IMG/VR virus record: IMGVR_UViG_3300048896_000156
Coordinates: 1 to 29,817 of that record
DNA: 29,817 nt
Source of the DNA: a virus
Lineage: Duplodnaviria; Caudoviricetes
Direction: 5' to 3' (one strand)
How positions within the stretch are numbered: position 1 is the stretch's first letter; each line of letters starts with the position of its first letter. This document shows, piece after piece, positions 1 to 7,579 of this stretch. The notes beneath the pieces are model-generated. The model saw only the letters and a list, made by a program, of their open reading frames with translations. It did no database searches and had not been told where the DNA came from. Position numbers and translations under genes: made by a program.

Positions 1-1128
1 GGGCGCGAGCGGGTGACGAATTCGGCGCTGTCGCGCATCATGCGGCGGCCGAACGATTACCAGAGCATCAGCGATTTTTTGCTGAACCTGACGCGGCGGC
101 TGTATGAGCGCGGCGAGACGTTTGCACTCGCGGTGCGCAACGCACGTGCCGAGATCATTGAACTGCACCTGATGCGCGAAGGCTCGGCGACGGTGGCCGA
201 GGACGGCAGCATCTTCTATTCGCTACAGGGCAACGAGATCATCGAGCAACGGCTGGATTTATCGTATCCGGTGCCGGCGCGCGACGTGCTGCACATTCGG
301 CTGCATACGCCGCGGCATCCGCTCAAGGGCGCGAGTCCGATCATGGCGGCGGCGCTGGATCTGGCAATGTCGGATGCGGCGCTCAACCAACAGATCGCGT
401 TCTATCTGAACCAGGCGCGGCCGAGCTTTCTGCTGACTACCGATCTGCCGATGAAGCGCGAGCAGTCGCAGGAACTGCGGCAGTGGTGGGATCACCAGAC
501 ACAGGGCGACGCTGCCGGGCGCACGCCGATCCTGACGCACGGGCTTAAGGCGCAGCCGATCGCGACAAGCGCGGTCGACGCGCAACTCGCCGAAATGCTC
601 AAGATGAGCGATCAGAACATCGCGCTGGCGATGCGGATACCGCTGCAAATCCTCGGCATCGGCGGCACAACCTACGCCAACACCGAGTTATTGATGCAGT
701 CGTGGATCGGCACCGGGCTCGGGTTCACGCTCAGTCACATTGAGGAAGCCTTCGGGCAATTCTTTCAGCTTCGCGGCGTGCCGGACGAATATCTCGAACT
801 CGATACCCGGGCGCTGCTGCGCTCGGCTTATCGCGAGCGCATCGAGGCGCTGGCGCGCGGTGTCATCAGCGGCATCTACAGTCCCGACGAGGCGCGCGCA
901 TCCGAAGACCTGCCGGCTGTACCGGGCGGTCATGGATCTGAACCGCGGGTGCAGCAGCAGGTCGTCCCGCTGAGCTATGGCAGCGACATGCAGCCGCCGA
1001 CGCCGCAGGCGGCATTGCCGCCGCCGGATACGCCACAACCTCCCGCCGACGCAGCGCAAAAGACCGATGAACACGCATCAGAACGGGCAGTCCTTGCCTA
1101 CCGTGCCGAACGCCGCCGGGCCGCTTGA
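1..1128 (+). CDS. Phage portal protein, HK97 family (5' truncated by window edge)
   Basis: Motifs 'RRPNDYQSISDF', 'DVLHIRLHTPRHPLKGASP', 'DAQLAEMLK..DQNIALAMRIP', 'GIYSPDEARASEDLP'. The frame is open from base 1. Confidence 0.93.
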   Translation, partial: GRERVTNSALSRIMRRPNDYQSISDFLLNLTRRLYERGETFALAVRNARAEIIELHLMREGSATVAEDGSIFYSLQGNEIIEQRLDLSYPVPARDVLHIRLHTPRHPLKGASPIMAAALDLAMSDAALNQQIAFYLNQARPSFLLTTDLPMKREQSQELRQWWDHQTQGDAAGRTPILTHGLKAQPIATSAVDAQLAEMLKMSDQNIALAMRIPLQILGIGGTTYANTELLMQSWIGTGLGFTLSHIEEAFGQFFQLRGVPDEYLELDTRALLRSAYRERIEALARGVISGIYSPDEARASEDLPAVPGGHGSEPRVQQQVVPLSYGSDMQPPTPQAALPPPDTPQPPADAAQKTDEHASERAVLAYRAERRRAA

Positions 1129-1612
1129 GGCGCTTGCCGCCGAACTGGCGGCGGACGCCGCCCGTATCGAACGGGACTTGAAGCTGACGATGGCGGCGCT
1201 CGCGTCAGACATGCGGGCGGCGTGGGCCGAGGCCGAGTTGCGCGTCGAGCGGCTGATCACGGCGCGCCTCGCCGAACTCAAGGACGGCGAAATCGGGCCA
1301 CAAGGGCCGCCGGGCGAGCGCGGCGACAAGGGCGAGCCTGGCGATGGCATGCAAGGACCGCCCGGCGAGCCGGGCATTCCTGGGCCGCCAGGCGAGCCGG
1401 GCGGCGAAGGGCGCAGCTTCACGATCCGTGGGACGTGGAACCCGTCATCCGAGTATCGCGTGCTCGACGTTGTGATGCTCAACGGCGCGAGCTTTGCGGC
1501 GCGGGTCGATGGTCCGGGTCCGTGCCCCGGTGAGGGTTGGCAGATGCTCGCGGCGCAGGGCGGGTACGGCAAGCCAGGCAAGCCCGGCGAGCGGGGCGAG
1601 CGCGGGCCTTGA
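1067..1612 (+). CDS. Collagen-like (Gly-X-Y) head-associated protein; C-terminus lies in another frame
   Basis: ATG 1067 overlaps the portal end. Coiled-coil N-terminus, then GEIGPQGPPGERGDKGEPG repeats and a 'RGTWNPSSEYRVLDVVMLNGASF...PGPCPGEGWQ' module. Confidence 0.85.
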   Translation: MNTHQNGQSLPTVPNAAGPLEALAAELAADAARIERDLKLTMAALASDMRAAWAEAELRVERLITARLAELKDGEIGPQGPPGERGDKGEPGDGMQGPPGEPGIPGPPGEPGGEGRSFTIRGTWNPSSEYRVLDVVMLNGASFAARVDGPGPCPGEGWQMLAAQGGYGKPGKPGERGERGP

Positions 1613-1706
1613 AGTCGATCCCGAGGGCATGCTGACGCTGCGCTTTGGCGACGGCAGCGCGCTCGGCTGCGATCTCTACCCGCTGCTGTCGCGGCTCGCC
1701 CGGTGA
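1608..1706 (+). pseudogene. Out-of-frame (+1) C-terminal segment of the collagen-like protein (LEVDPEGMLTLRFGDGSALGCDLYPLLSRLAR)
   Basis: Protein-like, GC3-biased frame starting exactly at the upstream stop. Its TGA overlaps the next gene's GTG (GTGA at 1703-1706). Confidence 0.65.
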
Positions 1707-2362
1707 ACTACTACCGCATCACCCGCGTCATCACGCCGGCGACGAGCCTCGATCTGGTGACGCTCGACCAGGCCAAGGCATTGCTCGGTATTGACCCGGC
1801 GGACACTTCGAAAGACGCGCAGATCAGCCAGCACATCAGCGCGACCTCGGCGGCGATCGCCAATTACTGCGACCGCGTATTCGTCCAGCAGGTTTATCGC
1901 GATCAGGTCCGTAATGCTTACGGCGGTTACGGTGAGCCGTTCATAACCCGGCAATATCCGATCGCGGTTGACGTTGCCGGCGTGCCGCTCGTCGCCGTCA
2001 CCGAAGCGGGCGTGGCGCTCGACCCGGCATACCTCGAAGTCTATCCCGAGGCCGGCAGCCTCTACCGGCTCGATGGGTCGGCGGCGCCTTATGCCTGGAA
2101 CACCGCGACGCTGGTGGTCGACTACACCGCCGGTTTCGATCCGATCCCGGCCGATGTGCAGGGCGCATGCCTGGAGTGGATCGCAGACAGGTACGCTGTC
2201 GTCGGGCGCGATCCGAACCTGCGGTCGGAGACAATTCCCGACCTCATTACCCAGATTTATGGCAGGAGCGCGGATTCTCGTGCCGGCGATACCGGGACAA
2301 GCTCGATGCCGGGCGCGGTCCGCGAGTGGCTGACACCGTATCGGGTCAGTTGGTCGCTGTGA
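1703..2362 (+). CDS. Head-tail connector (gp6/phiE125 gp8-like)
   Basis: 'LVTLDQAKALLGI', 'AIANYCDRVF', 'VDYTAGFDPIPADVQGAC', 'WLTPYR'; position in the head-tail module. Confidence 0.85.
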   Translation: MNYYRITRVITPATSLDLVTLDQAKALLGIDPADTSKDAQISQHISATSAAIANYCDRVFVQQVYRDQVRNAYGGYGEPFITRQYPIAVDVAGVPLVAVTEAGVALDPAYLEVYPEAGSLYRLDGSAAPYAWNTATLVVDYTAGFDPIPADVQGACLEWIADRYAVVGRDPNLRSETIPDLITQIYGRSADSRAGDTGTSSMPGAVREWLTPYRVSWSL

Positions 2363-2703
2363 CCCCGCAGACCCTGATCTCCCGACTCGACGCGGCGATC
2401 GCCGGCTACGGCCAGACGGTCACCTTGCAGCGCACCGCGGTCGATCCGGTGACCGGCGCCAACACGATCTCCGAACAGGTCGAGGCGCCGGCGGCGGTGC
2501 GCAACTTCGGGCCGCAATCGCTGGAAGCCGGTGAGTCGCAGGAAATCCGCGTCGTGCTCAGCCCGACCGGCCTCGGCAGCTTCGGCGTCCCGTCGCGCGA
2601 CGACATCATCCTGATCGACGGCAACCCGGCCAACATCACCGAGATTGCGCCGTTGTCCTACGGCGGCGCGCTGTGCCGCGTGAACCTGCTCTGCCGTGGC
2701 TGA
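2359..2703 (+). CDS. Head closure / head-tail joining protein
   Basis: GTG 2359 in a GTGA overlap; 114 aa with 'AIAGYGQTVTLQR' and C-terminal 'RG'; synteny. Confidence 0.7.
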   Translation: MTPQTLISRLDAAIAGYGQTVTLQRTAVDPVTGANTISEQVEAPAAVRNFGPQSLEAGESQEIRVVLSPTGLGSFGVPSRDDIILIDGNPANITEIAPLSYGGALCRVNLLCRG

Positions 2704-3145
2704 CCAGCGCGAGGTGATTCTGTCGCGTCTGGCGGCGCTGTGCGCGTCCGTCAGCGGCATTACCGCGGTGGTGCGCAACGCGCTCGACGTACCGAGCAAT
2801 GCCCGGCCCGCCGTCATCATCCAGGACGGCATCGAGACGATGCTGAACCAGCCGGAGACGGTGCGCCACAGCGAAATCCAGCGCATGGAATTGTCGCCGG
2901 GGATCAGCGTCTACATCCGCGCCGGCGGCACCGCCGATCCCGGCGTGCTGCTGTCGCGCTACCGCAGCGCCATCGTCGCCGCCGTGCTGCCGGACGGACT
3001 CTTGCGCGATGCCGTGGGCACCACCGGCCGGATCACCTATCAGGGCTGCGTCGTGCTGCCGCCCGATGCCGAAGCCAAGGAACACCGGCTCGATATCACC
3101 CTGACCTTCGTTTACGCCTTCCGCTTGGACGATCTCGCGGCGTGA
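2696..3145 (+). CDS. Tail terminator/completion-like protein
   Basis: 'DQREVILSRL...V.G...V.RN...RPAVIIQDG.E'; synteny before the tail tube gene. Confidence 0.65.
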   Translation: MADQREVILSRLAALCASVSGITAVVRNALDVPSNARPAVIIQDGIETMLNQPETVRHSEIQRMELSPGISVYIRAGGTADPGVLLSRYRSAIVAAVLPDGLLRDAVGTTGRITYQGCVVLPPDAEAKEHRLDITLTFVYAFRLDDLAA

Positions 3146-3633
3146 GCGGCCTCAACGTCAGCATCGATTCCAACGTCAACAGCCTGATCCTGCATCTCGA
3201 CAAGATGCCGGACGAGCTGAAGCGCCGGCTCGAAGTCAAGATCACCCAACTGACGACGCAGCTGCTGTCGCAAGTCAAAGCTCGCGAGCCGGTTCAAACC
3301 GGGCGGCTGCGCGCCGCCACGCGGCGGTTTGTTGATGTCCGGCAGGACTTCGTGCGTGGCCGCGTGCGGATATTGCCGACCGGCAAAACCTCACGCCTCG
3401 GCGCCGCGTTCGGCGCACTCGAATACGGCGCGCCGGGAAAGCGCCGCAGCGGTCCGGTTCCGGTGAGGGGCTATCGGCGGAACACCGGGCCGGTCGCGGC
3501 CTACAGGCGCCAACGCCCGCACATCACGGCACGCCGCTTTCTGCGCGGCCCGGGCGCCGCGATGCGCCCGCGGGCACGGGTCGAGCTAGAGGCGATCATC
3601 GGCGAGACACTGCGCGAATTCACCAAGTTTTAG
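3142..3633 (+). CDS. HK97 gp10-like neck/tail-completion protein
   Basis: GTG 3142 (GTGA overlap); 'VKAREPVQTGRLR', 'ALEYGA', 'ARRFLR' motifs; basic. Confidence 0.75.
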   Translation: MSGLNVSIDSNVNSLILHLDKMPDELKRRLEVKITQLTTQLLSQVKAREPVQTGRLRAATRRFVDVRQDFVRGRVRILPTGKTSRLGAAFGALEYGAPGKRRSGPVPVRGYRRNTGPVAAYRRQRPHITARRFLRGPGAAMRPRARVELEAIIGETLREFTKF

Positions 3634-3646
3634 GAGGAGCAACGAG

Positions 3647-4159
3647 ATGGCCGCAAGCACACTGAACATCGGGCTGCAATCCCAGATCGAAGGTGAACTG
3701 GTGTTCACCGGCACCAACGACATCGGGCCGAAGGTCACCATCACCCTGCCGCTGGTGCAGTTCGGGCCGTCCGGCGCGCTCGGCTTTATCCAGGACGAGT
3801 GGGGACAGATCGAATTGACCGGCGACGTGCTCGCCGATCCCGTCACCGGCTCGTTCGGCACCCTGCTGCACCCGGACGACGCGATGGTGAGCCCGAGCAC
3901 CGACGCGTACTACATCGGCACCGGGATGATAACCTGGAAGGGCGAGGGCGACCTCACGCCGCGCGATGTCGGCAACGTCAACACGTTCGAGTTGACGCCG
4001 GCCGTCGAGCGCCTCGACCACTGGAACCACCGCGTCGGCGGCATCCGCAAAAAGGACTTCTCGCCGGTCGTGCAGCAGACGCTCGAAGTCCACATGATCA
4101 TGGACGAGTTCACCGCGGCGAACCTGCAAATGGCGCTGCTCGCGACGGCGGGGCCATAA
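3647..4159 (+). CDS. Major tail (tube) protein, apparently circularly permuted
   Basis: Strong RBS AGGAGG; acidic, beta-rich 170 aa directly upstream of chaperones and tape measure; motifs 'YYIGTG', 'RDVGNVNTFELTP', 'DEWGQIELTGDVL'. Confidence 0.8.
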   Translation: MAASTLNIGLQSQIEGELVFTGTNDIGPKVTITLPLVQFGPSGALGFIQDEWGQIELTGDVLADPVTGSFGTLLHPDDAMVSPSTDAYYIGTGMITWKGEGDLTPRDVGNVNTFELTPAVERLDHWNHRVGGIRKKDFSPVVQQTLEVHMIMDEFTAANLQMALLATAGP

Positions 4160-4163
4160 CCGC

Positions 4164-4595
4164 ATGCCGATCAGCTTTCTCGATCTCGTACCGAAGCGCC
4201 CGACGATCACGGTGACGATCGAGTCGCATGACGGGCAGTCGTTGCCGTTCGAGATCACCGGCGTTGCGCTGGCCGAGCTTGCCGACATCGCCAAGAAATA
4301 CCCCGCGTTTCTCGGCGTCATCGAAGGCAATGACGGCATGTTCCGAGCCAGCGAGGCGCTGCCTGCGCTTATCGCGGCCGGCTTGGGGCACCACAACGAC
4401 AGCGAATACGAGCGGCAGGCGGCGAAATTGCCGGCCAGCGTCGTGCTCGGGTTGGCCGGCGAAATCGTCAAGCTCACCTTCCGCCCTTCGATCGCGCTGG
4501 CCGAGCCCCAACCCGAGCCGGCGCCAGAGGCCGAGGAAGAGGCCGTCAACGACATGCGGCCGGCAGTCATCTCGCCGCTGCGATTGAGCAGCTAG
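4164..4595 (+). CDS. Tail assembly chaperone (gpG-like)
   Basis: Lies between tail tube and tape measure; overlaps a -1 frame ORF at its 3' end. Confidence 0.75.
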   Translation: MPISFLDLVPKRPTITVTIESHDGQSLPFEITGVALAELADIAKKYPAFLGVIEGNDGMFRASEALPALIAAGLGHHNDSEYERQAAKLPASVVLGLAGEIVKLTFRPSIALAEPQPEPAPEAEEEAVNDMRPAVISPLRLSS

Positions 4596-4780
4596 TTGTC
4601 TGGGGCCATCCCGCCGAGGCGATCTGGGCGATGACGCCGCGGCAGATCTTTGCCTGGATGCTGCTCGGCCTCGATCGCGAAAAGGTCGAGCGCGCCGAGC
4701 GTCTGATCGACGGCGCGAACGCGGCTCGCAGCGAACCCGATCAGATCCAGCGCACCGTCCGAGAATTGACCGGAGCTTAG
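4568..4780 (+). CDS. Tail assembly chaperone gpT-like segment (-1 frame; alternatively a 49-aa ORF from ATG 4631)
   Basis: The -1 frame is open 4334-4780 and reads HLAAAIEQLVVWGHPAEAIWAMTPRQIFAW...ELTGA*. 'W.MTPRQ' is a typical gpT motif. Absent from the ORF track. Confidence 0.7.
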   Translation, partial: HLAAAIEQLVVWGHPAEAIWAMTPRQIFAWMLLGLDREKVERAERLIDGANAARSEPDQIQRTVRELTGA

Positions 4781-4786
4781 CAAGCC

Positions 4787-7111
4787 GTGGCTGGTGAGAA
4801 CCTCATCTGGACAATCGGCGCCAATGCCGCGCCGTTCCGCGGGGAACTGAAGCTCGCCCAGGAGCAATTGAAGCAGCTCGGCCGGCAGATCAGCGCCGCC
4901 GTCAAGAAAGGCGATGTCGCCCTCGCCGAAAGCCTGTCGAAGCAATATGGAACACTTGAGGATCGCATTGTCGGTGCCAACCGCGCGCTAAAAGGCACCG
5001 CCGGCGCGCTCGACCAGGTGACCGCCGCCGGCCGGCGCACCGAAGTCCAGTTCCGCCGCATCAGCCTCAGCGCCAACAACTTCGGGCGGCTCGTCAGCAG
5101 CTTCGGCGGCGGCTTTGCCGGCGGCCTCGTCGGCGCCGCCGTCATCGGCGGCCTGCGAACCATGACGAAGGAACTCGACGATCAGATCGAGCGCATCACC
5201 AAGATCCGCGATCTGGCGCGGGAGACGGCGCGCTCGCCCGCTTCCGTAGAGGCCGCGCAGCGCATCGGGCGCGCCGCTGGTGAGAGCGAAGACGCCATAA
5301 ACGCGGCAATAAAAAAGCAAGCCGCCAACTTTGAGGAACTGGAAAAGCGGCGCATCGGCCGTCTTCCAGATCAATCCCGGGAAGCTCAAGCAGCACGAGA
5401 GGAGCTGATACAACAGCGGGCGCGGCTGCTCGGCACGGGTCCGATCGCGCAGCGCGGCGGCGAGAAAGACGCGGCGTTCGACCTGTCCAAACTCTATGAA
5501 ATACTGATCGTGGATGTCGCGCGGTTCAAAGGCGACGCCGCCGCAGCATCCAATTTCATTGATCAAAGCTTTTTAACGATCGTGAAAAATGGAAAGCTTA
5601 GCGCTGCACAACTTAACGCAATCGCCAAGGAGCTTTATGGAATATCTGCCCCGGCCGCGCTCAAGCTCGCCACAGAGAACATTCAGAAATATAATACCGA
5701 ACTAGCGAACACCAAAAATACCACCGACCAAGCCGTCGCCGACGCTGAAAAGCTCGCGGCGGCTCAGGGCAAGCTCGAAAACCAATACAACGAAAGCACC
5801 GCGGGAATTACCTCCGGGTATACAAAACTGAGAACGGCGATCGCGGAAGCTTCAACGCAGATATTAAAGGAAGGGGTACAAGGGACGCTCAAGAGAGAGG
5901 GCGAGCGCCAACTACAAGACGCCGAAAATCAAAAGGACGCCAACATCCTGATCTGGAACACGCTCGCCGACGCGGCCATCGCGGCGGGCAAGAAGATCAA
6001 GGACGCCTTCGGCTCATTCGGTGCCGGCGGCGCGGCGTTCGGCGACCCCAGCATACCGGCGATGCCGGCCACCCCGATAAAGGATGAGTTCGAGAAGCTG
6101 CCGCCGCTGTTCAAAGATATCACCGATACCATCGGCAATTTGTGGGACGGCTTGTGGAAGCACCTCTCGATCAGCGCTCAGGCCGCCGAGTTGAGTACGG
6201 CGAAAAGCGCCCAGGCGATTGGCAAATCGTTTGTGCAAGCAGCAGCAGCGGCACAGGGCGCAATAAACACAATTCAGGGCGCCCTCAACATGGCTCAGGG
6301 TGCCAGCCAACTAGCCTCTTCAGCTGCGGCGGGTGCTGCTGGCGCCGCCGATAAATTCGGCGTCGCGGTGTCACGTGGAGGAACAGGCTTTCCTTCTCCG
6401 TATGGACCGGTGGATACGGGAGCATACGGTTATGGTCCGCGTGGGAGCGGCTTCAGAGAGACAGCGTCCCCTTCCAGGGGCGGCGACCCAAGGGAAGGGG
6501 GAACCAGCCCCTACTTACAATCCTACGCGCCGGGAATGAGCAACTATCAGGCGTTGCCGCCTCACATGGTTTCGCCGATCGATTACTCGGAGGCGATGGG
6601 ATGGGGGTCGGCTATCCGGGACGCCACCGAGGCCGCCAAGGAAGCCGCGCAAGCCAGCCAGCAGGCTGCCGAGGCCAGCAAGACAGCAGCGGACGCCTGG
6701 GTCGATCAAGTGAATAGGGTGGGGTTTGGCGGCTTTGCCAGCGGCGGCATGGTGACCGGCCCCGGCAGCGGCACCAGCGACAGCATCATGGCGCGGCTCT
6801 CGAATGGCGAATTCGTCATGCGCGCCGCCGCGGTGCGCAACCTGGGCGCGGGCTTCCTCTCGAACCTCAACCGCTTTGCCGGCGGCGGCATGGTCATGCC
6901 GTCGCGCGGCGTGCCGCGCTTCGCCGAGGGCGGCCTCGTCACCGCCGGCGCGGGCGGCGCGCCGGTCCACCTCCACCTCGGCGGCCACAGCTTCGCGCTG
7001 TCGGGCTCGACCGGCGTCGTCGATGCGCTCGTCGTCGAGGCGCGCCGGCAACAGGTGCGCAGCGCCGGCGTCAAGCCGTCGTGGTACGGCGGCAGGCCGG
7101 GCGGGCATTAA
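4787..7111 (+). CDS. Tail tape measure protein
   Basis: 774 aa, Ala-rich and helical. C-terminal 'FASGGMVTGPGSGTSDSIMARLSNGEFVMRAAAV' plus FAGGG/FAEGG repeats. Confidence 0.9.
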   Translation: MAGENLIWTIGANAAPFRGELKLAQEQLKQLGRQISAAVKKGDVALAESLSKQYGTLEDRIVGANRALKGTAGALDQVTAAGRRTEVQFRRISLSANNFGRLVSSFGGGFAGGLVGAAVIGGLRTMTKELDDQIERITKIRDLARETARSPASVEAAQRIGRAAGESEDAINAAIKKQAANFEELEKRRIGRLPDQSREAQAAREELIQQRARLLGTGPIAQRGGEKDAAFDLSKLYEILIVDVARFKGDAAAASNFIDQSFLTIVKNGKLSAAQLNAIAKELYGISAPAALKLATENIQKYNTELANTKNTTDQAVADAEKLAAAQGKLENQYNESTAGITSGYTKLRTAIAEASTQILKEGVQGTLKREGERQLQDAENQKDANILIWNTLADAAIAAGKKIKDAFGSFGAGGAAFGDPSIPAMPATPIKDEFEKLPPLFKDITDTIGNLWDGLWKHLSISAQAAELSTAKSAQAIGKSFVQAAAAAQGAINTIQGALNMAQGASQLASSAAAGAAGAADKFGVAVSRGGTGFPSPYGPVDTGAYGYGPRGSGFRETASPSRGGDPREGGTSPYLQSYAPGMSNYQALPPHMVSPIDYSEAMGWGSAIRDATEAAKEAAQASQQAAEASKTAADAWVDQVNRVGFGGFASGGMVTGPGSGTSDSIMARLSNGEFVMRAAAVRNLGAGFLSNLNRFAGGGMVMPSRGVPRFAEGGLVTAGAGGAPVHLHLGGHSFALSGSTGVVDALVVEARRQQVRSAGVKPSWYGGRPGGH

Positions 7112-7579
7112 ATGGCAGCGCCGTTCGCCACCGTCTTCGACATCATCTACTACGACAACGGCACCGCCGTTTCGGGCGTGCCGCCCTACTCGGCACGCGG
7201 CCTTAGAGGGACGCTGACGCCGATCGATCTGGCGCGCGGCAGCGACAAGCTCGCCCGCACCGTCAACGGCACGCTGATCGACCTCTCGGCGCCGCAGATG
7301 CGCAAGTATCAGTTGGAGGCGAATGGCGACGACCAGGACCCGCCGGCGCTCGACGACCTGTGGGTTGGCATGCTGGTGCAGATCTATTGCCACGTCGAGA
7401 TCGGGCGGCACACCGCTTCCGGTGCGCCGGCGCACGATGCGGTGCCCGGTTCGATCCGCTACCAGGACGATTGGACCTTTTATCGGCCCAGCATGCAGAT
7501 GCGCATCGTCGAGTTTTCGATCGAGCGTGCCGAGTGGGAAGCCAAGGTCTCGTGGTCGCTGGTGCTGGAGGAAGTCTGA
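7112..7579 (+). CDS. Distal tail (Dit)-like protein
   Basis: Follows the TMP; 'PPYSARGL..TL.PI', 'RTVNGTLIDLS.PQ.RKY', C-terminal 'WSLVLEEV'. Confidence 0.6.
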   Translation: MAAPFATVFDIIYYDNGTAVSGVPPYSARGLRGTLTPIDLARGSDKLARTVNGTLIDLSAPQMRKYQLEANGDDQDPPALDDLWVGMLVQIYCHVEIGRHTASGAPAHDAVPGSIRYQDDWTFYRPSMQMRIVEFSIERAEWEAKVSWSLVLEEV

